Below, piece after piece: positions 50,161 through 64,000 of a stretch of 64,000 nt of DNA. The translations under genes were made by a program, and so were the position numbers. The notes beneath the pieces are model-generated. The model made no database searches and was not told where the DNA came from. It saw only the letters and a list, made by a program, of their open reading frames with translations. Where the stretch lies: positions 79,980,001-80,044,000 of the forward strand of contig OZ296648.1 in NCBI GenBank assembly GCA_965655095.1, given 5' to 3'. This DNA is from Haplodiscus bocki (Eukaryota). Position 1 is the first letter of the stretch; the number at the start of each line of letters is the position of its first letter.

Positions 50161-53100
50161 TACTTTTGAAGAAAACTGGGAAAAACGTTTTCAATTAAAT
50201 GTATGCCTTAAATTGTACCTCCGGACCGGTAGGTTGTAGTTTTCACAACCATGGCGAACCGTTTCCGCCAAAAGTCCTACGAGACTGATTAAGGTAGTTT
50301 TTATCAGTAAAATTTTTTATTAAAAATGTTCATATGGAAGTTCGGAAAGCGGTTTGGACATTCCTGCTAAAATATTTGAATGAAAGTCCGAAAAAACATT
50401 GAGTACGTAACTTTTTGGAACGAAAAACTCTTCAGGGTAATGAAAGTCCTCGAAAGGCTCCTCCGGACATGGTGAATGCAATTAGAGCAACATAATGGAG
50501 AATCTGATGAAAATTTCCGCCAAAAAATTGACAAAAACCCGGAAATACTGAATTAATGCATCACTTTATCAAAAACTGTAACGCTAGAAAGCCGCAAGTG
50601 CTGAATAGATGCATCGTTTTACCATATAAAAAATTTCCCTCAAATTGATCATCTGGAGATAAAAATGTGGTTTTGACAACGCTGCAGAAAATCCAAAACA
50701 CTTGGAAGATCTTAATTTTTATCATTCTTGTTTTCTCTTGAAGTTGTTCCTCTGGACTTCTACAATGCGGATTTCACAACAATATAGAAAGGTGTTTGTC
50801 AAAAGTTCGACATTTTGTCGCGTTTAGTCCGAAAACTAACACAAAAATTACGTTATCACAAAATAGATCATCAAGACAATCTTCTGCATTCAGAGACTGA
50901 AGTTATGAAATATCTGCCGAGTTTTTTTTCCAGATATTTGAAATTGTTAGCTGGTAATGTAAAAAAGTAATTGACAAAAAAGCTAACATAAAAAACATAC
51001 CCTAGAAAGTAGATCGGGACCGCTAGATTGCAGATTTGATAACAGTGTCGAGACATTAGTGCCATGTTCCGGAAAACTATGGCTCAAAGTTTTGAAAAAA
51101 AAATAGAAAATAACGTTTTCACTAAAACATATGCCTCAAAATGTACCTCCGGACCGGAAGATTGTGGTTTTCACAACCAAGGCGAATAGTTTCCGCCAAA
51201 AGACCTACAATACTAAATACAGTAGTTTTTCTTATTAAAAAGTTTTACTTAATATATTCATATGGTGATGTGGAAAGCAGTTTGTACATATTTAATAAAT
51301 TTTTTCAACGAAAGTTAAAAAAAACTCAGTTCGAAAGTTTTTTCGAGTTAAGACTATTCAGAATAGTAAAAGTCCTCGAAAAGCGCCGCCGGACATGGTG
51401 AATGCATTTAGAGCAACAGAACTGAGAAGCTGGTGAAAAAATCCGCCGAAATTTTTGACAAAACCCGGAAAAACTGAACAAAGGCAATAATTTTATCAAA
51501 AACTGCGTCGTTAAAAAACCGCAGTTGCTGAGTAAATGCATCGTTTTATCAAAAAAAAATTCTCTAAAACTGATCCCCTAGAGATAAAGCATGTGGTTTT
51601 GACAACGCTGCTGAAAATCCAAAAACACTTGGAAGGTCATAATTTTTCTCATTCGTGTTTTCTCTTGAAGTTGTTCCTCTGGACTTCTATAATGCGGATT
51701 TCACAACAACATAGAAATGTTTTTGTCAAAAGTCCGACATTTTGTCGCGTTTAGTGCGAAAACTAATACAAAAATTAAGTTATGACATAATAGATCATCA
51801 AGATAATCTTCTGGATTCGTAGATTGCAGTTATGAAATTTCTGCCGAGTTTTTTTTCCAAAGGTTTGAAATTTGTTAGCTGGTAATGTAAGAGTAATTGG
51901 TTAAAAAGTTAACAGAAGAATCAAACCCTAGAATGTTTATTTGGATCGCTAGATTGTAGTTTTAATAACAGTGTCGAGATATCGGTGCCATGATCCGGAA
52001 AACTATGGCTCGAACTTCTAAAAAAAAGCGGAAAAAAACGTTTTCACCTAAATGTATGCCTTAAATTGTACCTCCGGACCGGTAGGTTGTAGTTTTCACA
52101 ACCATGGCGAACAGTTGCCGCCAGAAGTCTTATGAGACTGATTAAGGTAGTTTTTCTCAGTAAAAAGTTTACATTAAAATGTTCTTATGGAGATTCGGAA
52201 AGCGGTTTGGACATTCTTGCTAAAAATTTTGAATGAAAGTCCAAAAAAACACTGAATCCGAAACCTTGTGGAACGAAAAACTCTTCAGGGTAATGAAAGT
52301 CCCTGAAAGGCACCGCCGGACAAGGTGAGTGCATTTAGAGCAACATAACGGAGAATCTGATGAAAACTTCCGCCGAAACTTTTGACAAAAATCAGGAAAT
52401 ACTGAATAAATGCATCATTTTATCAAAAACTGTATCGATAGAAACCCGCAAGTACTGAAAAAATGCATCGCTTTACCAAAAAAAATTTCCCCCAAATTGA
52501 TCACCTGGAGATAAAAATGTGTCTGACAACGCTGCTGAAAAACCAAAGACACTTGGGAGATCATAAGTTTTCTCAGCGTGTTCTCTCTTGAAGTTTTTCG
52601 TCTGGTTTTCTATGACGCAGATTTCACAACGGAAAAGAAAATTTTTTGTCAAAAGTCCGATACTTTGTCGCGTTTATTCCGAAAAATATTACACAAATTA
52701 AGTTGTCACAAATTAGATCATCCAGAAAATCGTTTGGATTCGTAGATTGCGATTTTGAAACTTCTGCCGAGATTCTGTTGCCAGAAACTTGAATTTGTTA
52801 GCTTGTAATGTAAAAGAGTAATTGGGAAAAAAGCTAACACAACAAATATACCCTAGAAAGTAGATTGGGACAGCTAGATTGCAGTTTTGATAACAGTGTC
52901 GAGACATAAGTGCAATGTTCCAGAAAACTATGGCTCGAACTTTTGGAAAAAACTCGAAAAACTGTTTTCACCTAAACGTATGCCTTAAATTGTACCTCCG
53001 GACCGGTAGAGTGTAGTTTTCACAACCATGGCGAACAGTTTCCGCCAAAAGTCCTACGAGACTGATTAAGAAAGTTTTTCTCAGTAAAAAGTTTACCTTA

Positions 53101-56100
53101 AAATGTTCAAATGGAGATTCGGAAAGCGGTTTGGACATTCTTGCTAAGAAATTTGAATGAAAGTCCAAAAAAACACTAAGTCCGAAACCTTTTGGAACGA
53201 AAAACTCTTCTGGGTGATGAAAGTCCCCAAAAGGCTCCGCCTGACATGGTGAATGTGAATGCAATTAGAGCAACATAACGGAGAATCTGATGAAAACTTC
53301 CGCCGAATATTTTGACAAAAATCCGGAATTAAAGAATAAATGCATCATTTTATCGAAAACTGTATCGCTAGAAGTCCGCAAGTACTGAATAAAAGCATCG
53401 TTTTACCATATAAAAAACTTCCCTCAAATTGATCATCTGGAGATAAAAATGTGGTTTTGACAACGCTGCTGAAAATCCAAAATCACTTGGATTATCATAA
53501 TTTTTTTCGGCGTGTTTTTTCTTGAAGTTCTTCCTCTGGACTTCTATGACGCAAATTTCACAACGGAAAAGAAAATTTTTTGTCAAAAGTTCAACACTTT
53601 GTCGCGTTTAGTCCGAAAACTGTCACAAAAATTAAGTTATGACAAAATAGATCATCAAGAAAATCATTTGTTTTCGTAGATTGAGATTTTGAAATTTCTG
53701 CCAAGATTTTCTTGCCAGAAATTTGAATTTGTGAGCTGGTAATGTAAAAGAGCAATTGGGAAAAAAGCTAAAATAAAAAACATACCCTAGAAAGTAGATC
53801 GGGACCGCTAGATTGCAGTTTTGATAACAGTGTCGAGACATTAGTGCCATGTTCCGGAAAACTATGGCTCGAACTTTTGAAAAAAAAATGGAAAAAACGT
53901 TTCCAACAAAACATATTCCTTAAATTGTACCTCCGGACCGGTAGATTGTAGTTTTCACAACCATGGCGAATAGTTGCCGCCAAAAGTCCTACCAGACTGA
54001 TTAAGGTAGTTTTTCTCAGTAAAAAGTTTACCTTAAAATGTTCATATGGAGATTCGGAAAGCGGTTCGGACATTCTTGCTAAATATTTTGAATTAAAGTC
54101 CAAAAAACACTAAGTCCGAAACATTTTGGAACAAAAAACTCTTCAGGGTAATGAAAGTCCCCAAAACGCTCCGCCGGACAAGGTGAATGCAATTAGAGCA
54201 ACATAACGGAGAATTTGGTGAAAACTTCTGCCGAAATTTTTGACAAAAACCCGGAAATACTGAATAAATGCATCATTTTATCAAACACTGTATCGCTAGA
54301 AAGCCGCAAATGCTGAATAAATGCATCGTTTTACCATATAAAAAATTTCCCTCAAATTGATCATCTGGAGATAAAAATGTGGTTTTGACAACGCTGCTGA
54401 AAATCCAAAATCACTTGGATTATCATAATTTTTTTCAGCGTGTTTTTTCTTGAAGTTCTTCCTCTGGACTTCTATGTCGCAGATTTCACAACAAAAAAGA
54501 GTTTTTTTGTCAAAAGTCCGACATTTTGTCGCGTTTATTCCGAAAAAAATTACACAAGATAAGTTATCACAAATTAGATCATCAAGAAAATCATTTGGAT
54601 TCGTAGATTGCGATTTTGAAACTTCTGCCGAGATTTTCTTGCCAGAATTTTGAATTTGTTAGCTGGTAATGTAAAAGAGTAATTGGGAAAAAAGCTAACA
54701 TAAGAAACATACCCTAGAAAGTAGATTGGGACCGCTGAATTGCAGTTTTGATAACAGTGTTGAGACATTACTGCCATGTTCCAGAAAACTATGGCTCGAA
54801 CTTTTGGAAAAAACTCGAAAAACTGTTTTCACCTAAACGTATGCCTTAAATTGTACCTCCGGACCGGTAGAGTGTAGTTTTCACAACCATGGCGAACAGT
54901 TTCCGCCAAAACTCCTACGAGACTGATTAAGATAGTTTTTCTCAGTAAAAAGTTTACCTTAAAATGTTCAAATGGAGATTCGGAAAGCGGTTTGGACATT
55001 CTTGCTAAATATTTTGATTGAAAGTCCAAAAAAACACTGAGGCCGAAACCTTTTGGAACGAAAAACTCTTCTGGGTGATGAAAGTCCCCAAAAGGCTCCG
55101 CCTGACATGGTGAATGTGAATGCAATTAGAGCAACATAACGGAGAATCTGATGAAAACTTCCGCCGAATATTTTGACAAAAATCCGGAATTAAAGAATAA
55201 ATGCATCATTTTATCGAAAACTGTATCGCTAGAAGTCCGCAAGTACTGAATAAAAGCATCGTTTTACCACAAAAAAATTCCCTCAAACTGATCATCGGGA
55301 GTTAAAAATGTGGTTTTGACAACGCTGCTGAAAATCCAAAATCACTTGGATTATCATAATTTTTTTCGGCGTGTTTTTTCTTGAAGTTCTTCCTCTGGAC
55401 TTCTATGACGCAGATTTCACAACGGAAAAGAAAACTTTTTGTCAAAAGTCCGACATTTTGTCGCGTTTGGTTTGAAAACTGTCACAAAAAATAAGTTATG
55501 ACAAAAAAGATCATCAAGAAAATCATTTGTATTCGTAGATTGAGATTTTGAAATTTCTGCCAAGATTTTCTTGCCAGAAATTTGAATTTGTGAGCTGGTA
55601 ATGTAAAAGAGTAATTGGGAAAAAAGCTAAAATAAAAAACATACCCTAGAAAGTAGATCGGGACCGCTAGATTGCAGTTTTGATAAAAGTGTCGAGACAT
55701 TAGTGCCATGTTCCGGAAAACTATGGCTCGAACTTTTGAAAAAAAAATTGGAAAAAACGTTTCCAACAAAACATATTCCTTAAATTGTACCTCCGGACCG
55801 GTAGATTGTAGTTTTCACAACCATGGCGAATAGTTGCCGCCAAAAGTCCTACCAGACTGATTAAGGTAGTTTTTCTCAGAAAAAGTTTACCTTAAAATGT
55901 TCATATGGTGATTCGGAAAGCGGTTCGGACATTCTTGCTAAATATTTTGAATTAAAGCCAAAAAACACTAAGTCCGAAACATTTTGGAACAAAAAACTCT
56001 TCAGGTTAATGAAAGTCCCCAAAAGGCTCCGCCGGACAAGGTGAATGCAATTAGAGCAACATAACGGAGAATTTGGTGAAAACTTCCGCCGAAATTTTTG

Positions 56101-59100
56101 ACAAAAACCCGGAAATACTGAATAAATGCATCATTTTATCAAACACTGTATCGCTAGAAAGCCGCAAATGCTGAATAAATGCATCGTTTTACCATATAAA
56201 AAATTTTCCTCAAATTGATCATCTGGAGATAAAAATGTGGTTTTGACAACGCTGCTGAAAATCCAAAATCACTTGGATTATCATAATTTTTTTCAGCGTG
56301 TTTTTTCTTGAAATTCTTCCTCTGGACTTCTATGACGCAGATTTCACAACGGAAAAGAAAATTTTTTGTCAAAAGTTCGACACTTTGTCGCGTTTAGTCC
56401 GAAAACTGTCACAAAAATTAAGTTATGACAAAATAGATCATCAAGAAAATCATTTGTATTCGTAGATTGAGATTTTGAAATTTCTGCCAAGATTTTCTTG
56501 CCAGAAATTTGAATTTGTGAGCTGGTAATGTAAAAGAGTAATTGGGAAAAAAGCTAAAATAAAAAACATACCCTAGAAAGTAGATCGGGACCGCTAGATT
56601 GCAGTTTTGATAACAGTGTCGAGACATTAGTGCCATGTTCCGGAAAACTATGGCTCGAACTTTTGAAAAAAAAATTGGAAAAAACGTTTCCAACAAAACA
56701 TATTCCTTAAATTGTACCTCCGGACCGGTAGATTGTAGTTTTCACAACCATGGCGAATAGTTGCCGCCAAAAGTCCTACCAGACTGATTAAAGTAGTTTT
56801 TCTCAGTAAAAAGTTTACCATAAAATGTTCATATGGTGATTCGGAAAGCGGTTCGGACATTCTTGCTAAATATTTTGAATTAAAGTCCAAAAAACACTAA
56901 GTCCGAAACATTTTGGAACAGAAAACTCTTCAGGGTAATGAAAGTCCCCAAAACGCTCCGCCGGACAAGGTGAATGCAATTAGAGCAACATAACGGAGAA
57001 TTTGGTGAAAACTTCCGCTGAAATTTTTGACAAAAACCCGGAAATACTGAATAAATGCATCATTTTATCAAACACTGTATCGCTAGAAAGCCGCAAGTGC
57101 TGAATAAATGCCTCGTTTTACCATATAAAAAATTTCCCTCAAATTGATCATCTGGAGATAAAAATGTGGTTTTGACAACGCTGCAGAAAATCCAAAAACA
57201 CTTGGAAGATCCTAATTTTTATCATTCTTGTTTTCTCTTGAAGTTGTTCCTCTGGACTTCTATAATGTGGATTTCACAACAATATAGAAAATTTTTTCTC
57301 AAAAGTCCGACACTTTGTCGCGTTTAGTTTGAAAACTGTCACAAAAATTAAGTTATGACAAAAAAGATCATCAAGAAAATCATTTGTTTTCGTAGATTGA
57401 GATTTTGAAAATTCTGCCGAGATTTTTTTGCCAGAAATTTTATTTTGTCAGCTGGTAGTGTAGAAGAGTAAATGGGAAAAAAGCTAAAATTAAAAACAAA
57501 CCCTAGAAAGTAGATCGGGACCGCTAGATTGCAGTTTTGATAACAATGTCGAGACATTAGTGCCATGTTCCGGAAAACTATGGCTCAAAATGTTGAAAAA
57601 AAACTGGAAAAAACGTTTCCAACAAAACATATTCCTTAAATTGTACCTCCGGACCGGTGGGTTGTAGTTTTCACAACCATGGCGAACAGTTTCCGCCAAA
57701 GGTCCTACCAGACTGACTAAGGTAGTTTTTCTCAGTAAAAAGTTTACCTTAAAATGTTCATATGGAGATTCGGAAAGCGGTTTGGACATTCTTGCTAAAT
57801 ATTTTGAATTAAAGTCCAAAAAACACTAAGTCCGAAACATTTTGGAACAAAAAACTCTTCAGGGTAATGAAAGTCCCCAAAACGCTCCGCCGGACAAGGT
57901 GAATGCAATTAGAGCAACATAACGGAGAATTTGGTGAAAACTTCTGCCGAAATTTTTGACAAAAACCCGGAAATACTGAATAAATGCATCATTTTATCAA
58001 ACACTGTATCGCTAGAAAGCCGCAAATGCTGAATAAATGCATCGTTTTACCATATAAAAAATTTCCCTCAAATTGATCATCTGGAGATAAAAATGTGGTT
58101 TTGACAACGCTGCTGAAAATCCAAAATCACTTGGATTATCATAATTTTTTTCAGCGTGTTTTTTCTTGAAGTTCTTCCTCTGGACTTCTATGTCGCAGAT
58201 TTCACAACAAAAAAGAGTTTTTTTGTCAAAAGTCCGACATTTTGTCGCGTTTATTCCGAAAAAAATTACACAAGATAAGTTATCACAAATTAGATCATCA
58301 AGAAAATCATTTGGATTCGTAGATTGCGATTTTGAAACTTCTGCCGAGATTTTCTTGCCAGAATTTTGAATTTGTTAGCTGGTAATGTAAAAGAGTAATT
58401 GGGAAAAAAGCTAACATAAGAAACATACCCTAGAAAGTAGATTGGGACCGCTGAATTGCAGTTTTGATAACAGTGTTGAGACATTACTGCCATGTTCCGG
58501 AAAACTATAGCTCGAATTTTTGAAGAAAACTGGAAAAAACGTTTTCAACAAAACATATTCCTTACATTGTATCTCCGGACCGGTAGATTGTAGTTTTCGC
58601 AACCATGGCGAATAGTTTCTGCCAAAAGTCCTACCAGACTGATTAAAGTAGTTTTTCTCACTAAAAATTTTTATTCAAAATGTTCATATGGAGTTCGGAA
58701 AGCGGTTTGGACATTCTTGCTAAAAATTTTGAATGAAATTCCAAAAAACACTAAGTCCGAAACATTTTGGAACAGAAAACTCTTCAGGGTAATGCAAGTC
58801 CCCAAAAGGCTCCGCCGGACATAGTGAATGCAATTAGAGCAACATAACGGAGAATCTGATGAAAACTTCCGCCGAAAATTGGACAAAAACCCGGAAATAC
58901 TGAATAAATGCATCATTTTATCAAAAACACTATCGCTAGAAAACCGCAAATGCTGAATAAATGCATCGTTTTACCATATAAAAATCTTCCTTCAAATTGA
59001 ACATCTGGAGATAAAAATGTGGTTTTGACAACGCTGCAGAAACTCCAAAACCACTTGGAAGATCATAATTTTTCTCAGCGTGTTCTCTCTTGAAGTTTTT

Positions 59101-62100
59101 CCTCTGGACTTCTCTGACGCAAATTTCACAACAAAAAAGAAAACTTTTTGTCAAAAGTCCGACATTTTGTCGCGTTTATTCCGAAAATAAATTACACAAA
59201 TTAAGTTATCACAAATTAGATCATCAAGAAAATCATTTGGATTCGTAGATTGCGATTTTGCAAATTCTGCCGAGGTTTCCTTGCCAGAAATTTGAATTTG
59301 TTAGCTGGTAATGTAAAAGAGTAATTGGGAAAAAAGCTAACATAAGAAACATACCCCAGAAAGTAGACTGCGACCGCTAGATTGCAGTTTTGATAACAGA
59401 GTCGAGACATTAGTGCCAGGTTCCGGAAAACTATGGCTCGAACATTTGAAGACAACTGGAAAAAACGTTTTCACTTTAACATATGCCTTAAATTGTACCT
59501 CTAGACCGGTAGGTTGTAGTTTTCACAACCATGGCAAACAATTTCCGCCGAAAGTCCTACGAGACTGATTGAGGTAGTTTTTCTCAGTAATAAGTTTACC
59601 TTAAAATGTTCATAAGGAGATTCGGAAAGCGGTTTGGACGTTCTTGCTAAAAATTTTGAATGAAAGTCCAAAAAACACTAAGTCCGAAACATTTTGGAAC
59701 AGAAAACTCTTCAGGGTAATGCAAGTCCCCAAAAGGCTCCGCCGGACATGGTGAATGCAATTAGAGCAACATAACGGAGAATCTGGTGAAAACTTCCGCC
59801 GAAATATTTGACAAAAATCCGGAAATAATGAATAAATGCATCATTTTATCAAAAACTGTATCGCTAGGAATCCGCAAGTACTGAAAGAATGCATCGTTTT
59901 ACCAAAAAAAAATTCCCCCAAATTGATCATCTGGAGATAAAAATGTGGTTTGACAATGCTGCTGAAAATCCAAAAACACTTGGAAGATCATAATTTTTCT
60001 CAGCGTGTTCTCTCTTGAAGTTTTTCTTCTGGACTTCTATGTCGCAGATTTCACAACAAAAAAGAGTTTTTTTGTCAAAAGTCCGACATTTTGTCGCGTT
60101 TATTCCGAAAAAAATTACACAAGATAAGTTATCACAAATTAGATCATCAAGAAAATCATTTGGATTCGTAGATTGCGATTTTGAAACTTCTGCCGAGATT
60201 TTCTTGCCAGAATTTTGAATTTGTTAGCTGGTAATGTAAAAGAGTAATTGGGAAAAAAGCTAACATAAGAAACATACCCTAGAAAGTAGATTGGGACCGC
60301 CAGATTGCAGTTTTGATAACAGTGTCGAGACATTAGTGCCATGTTCCGGAAAACTATGGCTCGAACTTTTGAAGAAAACTGGAAAAAACGTTTTCATTTA
60401 AACGTATGCCTTAAATTGTACCTCCAGACCGGTAGGTTGTAGTTTGCACAACCATGGCGAACAGTTTCCGCCAAAAATCCTACGAGACTGATTAAGGTAG
60501 TTTTTCTCAGTAAAAAGTTTAGCTTAAAATGTTCATATGGAGGTTCGGAAAGCGGTTTGGACATTATTGCTAAAAATTTTGAATGAAAGTCCAAAAAACA
60601 CTGAGTCCGAAACCTTTTGGAACGAAAAACTCTTCAGGATAATGAAAGTCCCCAAAAAGCTCCGCCTGACATGGTGAATGCAATTAGAGCAACATAACGG
60701 AGAATCTGATGAAAACTTCCGCCGAAATTTTGACAAAAAGCCGGAAATACTGAATAAATGCATCATTTTATCAAAAATTGTATCGCTAGAAAGCCTCAAG
60801 TGCTGAATAAATGCATCGTTTTACCATATAAAAATTTTCCCTCAAAATGATCATCTGGAGATAAAAATGTGGTTTTGACAACGCTGCAGAAAATCCAAAA
60901 ACACTTGGAAGATTGTAGTTTTTATCATTCGTATTTTCTCTTGAAGTTGCTCCTCCGGACTTCTACAATGCGGATTTCACAACATTATGGAAAGGTGTTT
61001 GTCAAAAGTTCGACAATTTGTCGCGTTTAGTCCGAAAAATAATACAAAAATTACGTTATCACAAAATAGATCATCAAGACAATCTTTTGCATTCAGAGAC
61101 TGAAGTTATGAAATATCTGCCGAGTTTTTTTCCAGATATTTGAAATTGTTAGCTGGTAATGTAAAAAAGTAAATGAGAAAAAAGCTAACTTAAGAAACAT
61201 ACCCTGGAAACTAGATTGGGACCGCTAGATTGCAGTTTTGATAACAGTGTCGAGACATTAGTGCCATGTTCCAGAAAACTATGGCTCGAACTTTTGAAAA
61301 AAACTAGAAAAAACGTTTTCACGTAAACGTATGCCTTAAATTGTACCTCCGGACCGGTAGACTCTAGTTTTCACAACCATGGCGAACAGTTTCCGCCAAA
61401 AGTCCTACGAGACTGATTAAGATAGTTTTTCTCAGTAAAAAGTTTAGCTTAAAATGTTCATATGGAGATTCGGAAAGCGGTTTGGACATTATTGCTAAAA
61501 ATTTTGAATGAAAGTCCAAAAAACACTGAATCCGAAACCTTTTGGAACGAAAAACTCTTCAAGATAATGAAAGTCCCCAAAAAGCTCCGCCTGACATGGT
61601 GAATGCAATTAGAGCAACATAACGGAGAATCTGATGAAAACTTCCGCCGAAATTTTTGACAAAAATCCGGAAATACTGAATAAATGCATCATTTTATCAA
61701 AAAATGTATCGATAGAAATCCGCAAGTACTGAAAAAATGCATCGTCTTACCATAAAAAAAATTTCCCTCAAAGTGATCATCTGGAGATAAAAATGCGGTT
61801 TTGACAACGCTGCAGAAAATCCAAAACACTTGGAAGATCTTAATTTTTATCATTCTTGGTTTCTCTTGAAGTTCTTCCTCTGGACTTCAATGACGCAGAT
61901 TTCACAACAATAAAGAAATTTTTTGTCAAAAGTCCGACACTTTGTCGCGTTTAGTCCGAAAACTAATAAAAAAATTACGTTATTACACAATAGATCATCA
62001 AGACAATCATTTGTATTCGTAGATTGAGATTTTGAAATTTCTGCCAAGATTTTCTTGCCAGAAATTTGAATTTGTGAGCTGGTAATGTAAAAGAGTAATT

Positions 62101-64000
62101 GGGAAAAAAGCTAACATAAGAAACATACCCTAGAAAGTAGATTGGGACCGCCAGATTGCAGTTTTGATAACAGTGTCGAGACATTAGTGCCATGTTCCGG
62201 AAAACTATGGCTCGAACTTTTGAAGAAAACTGGAAAAAACGTTTTCATTTAAACGTATGCCTTAAATTGTACCTCCAGACCGGTAGGTTGTAGTTTGCAC
62301 AACCATGACGAACAGTTTCCGCCAAAAATCCTACGAGACTGATTAAGGTAGTTTTTCTCAGTAAAAAGTTTACCTTAAAACGTTCATATGGAGATTCGGA
62401 AAGCGGTTTGGACATTCTTGCTAAAAACTTTGATTGAAAGTCCAAAAAAACACTGAGGCTGAAACCTTTTGGAACGAAAAACTCTTCAGGGTAATGAAAG
62501 TCCCCGAAAGGCTCCGCCGGACATGGTGAGTGCATTTAGAGCAACATAACGGAGAATCTGATGAAAACTTCCGCCGAAACTTTTGACAAAAAACCGGAAA
62601 TACTGAATAAATGCATCATTTTATCAAAAACTGTATCGATAGAAATCCGCAAGTACTGAATAAATGCATCGTTTTAAAATATAAAAAATTTCCCTCAAAT
62701 TGATCATCTGGAGATAAAAGTTTGGTTTTGACAACGCTGCAGAAAATCCAAAAACACTTGGAAGATCATATTTTTTATCATTCGTGTTCTCTCTTGAAGT
62801 TTTTCCGCTGGACTTCTATGACGCAGATTTCACGACAAAAAAGAAAACGTTTTGTCAAAAGTCCGACATTTTGTCGCGTTTAATTTGAAAACTGTCACAA
62901 AAATTAAGTTATGACAAAAAAGATCATCAAGAAAATCATTTGTTTTCGTAGATTGAGATTTTGAAAATTCTGCCGAGATTTTTTTGCCAGAAATTTTATT
63001 TTGTCAGCTGGTAGTGTAGAAGAGTAAATGGGAAAAAAGCTAAAATTAAAAACAAACCCTAGAAAGTAGATCGGGACCGCTAGATTGCAGTTTTGATAAC
63101 AATGTCGAGACATTAGTGCCATGTTCCGGAAAACTATGGCTCAAAATGTTGAAAAAAAACTGGAAAAAACGTTTCCAACAAAACATATTCCTTAAATTGT
63201 ACCTCCGGACCGGTGGGTTGTAGTTTTCACAACCATGGCGAACAGTTTCCGCCAAAGGTCCTACCAGACTGACTAAGGTAGTTTTTCTCAGTAAAAAGTT
63301 TACCTTAAAATGTTCATATGGATATTCAGAAAGCGGTTTGGACATTCTTGCTAAAAATTTTGAAAGAAAGTCCAAAAAACACTGAGTCCGAAACCTTTTG
63401 GAACGAAAAACACTTCAAGGTAATGAAAGTCCCCGAAAGGCTCCGCCGGACATGGTGAGTGCAATTAGAGCAACATAACGGAGAATCTGATGAAAACTTC
63501 CGCCGAAACTTTTGACAAAAATCCGGAAATACTGAATAAATGCATCATTTTATCAAAAACTGTATCGATAGAAATCCGCAAGTACTGAATAAATGCATCG
63601 TTTTACCATATAAAAAATTTCCCTCAAAGTGATCATCTGGAGATAAAAATGCGGTTTTGACAACGCTGCAGAAAATCCAAAACACTTGGAAGATCTTAAT
63701 TTTTATCATTCTTGGTTTCTCTTGAAGTTCTTCCTCTGGACTTCTATGACACAGATTTCACAACAAAAAAGAAAACTTTTTGTCAAAAGTCCGACATTTT
63801 GTCGCGTTTAGTCCGAAAACTGTCACAAAAATTGAGTTATGACAAAATAGATCATCAAGAAAAATATTTGTATTCGTAGATTGAGATTTTGAAGTTTCTG
63901 CCGAGATTTTTTTGCCAAAAATTTGAATTTGTAAGCTGGTAATGTAAAAGAGTTTTTGGGAAAAAAGCTAAACTTAAAAACATACCCTAGAAAAAAGATC
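50161..64000 (+). repeat. Satellite domain 2: ~927-bp monomers, continues beyond the window
   Basis: Anchor at 50465, 51391, 52318, ~53242, 54176, ~55103, 56034, 56963, 57892, 58817, 59744, ~60667, ~61592, 62519, 63448 (period 923-934). Confidence 0.95.

Noticed and set aside
37297-63375. Dozens of similar 60-140-aa ORFs suggesting a tandem gene family
   Set aside because: They are chance frames in satellite monomers, on both strands, with frame-breaking homopolymer indels between copies.

Overview
AT-rich eukaryotic (animal-like) genomic DNA with GT-AG introns; no prokaryotic genes, operons or CRISPR arrays. The first ~34 kb is a transposon-dense region. It holds a spliced minus-strand gene for a low-complexity Ser/Gly/Pro-rich protein (5 frame-consistent exons, 7842-19013). 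It also holds a Mutator/Phantom element with a FLYWCH remnant and 9-bp TSD, a nested MULE-like MITE pair, a hAT MITE with 8-bp TSD, a decayed CRE-clade retrotransposon, several CR1/L2-type LINE remnants and a near full-length decayed LINE bracketed by a ~68-bp direct repeat. A dispersed composite repeat links a Helitron-like hairpin-CTAG end to a tRNA-His-derived SINE-like unit. From ~34.1 kb to the window end is a layered satellite: a ~35-bp core spaced irregularly (34-37 kb), then ~880/937-bp monomers alternating as ~1818-bp dimers (37-50 kb), then ~927-bp monomers (50-64 kb), each monomer carrying 7 core copies. Readable recombination junctions lie within it. Nearly all short ORFs in the supplied track are spurious or TE fragments. 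All alignments and identities were done by eye.
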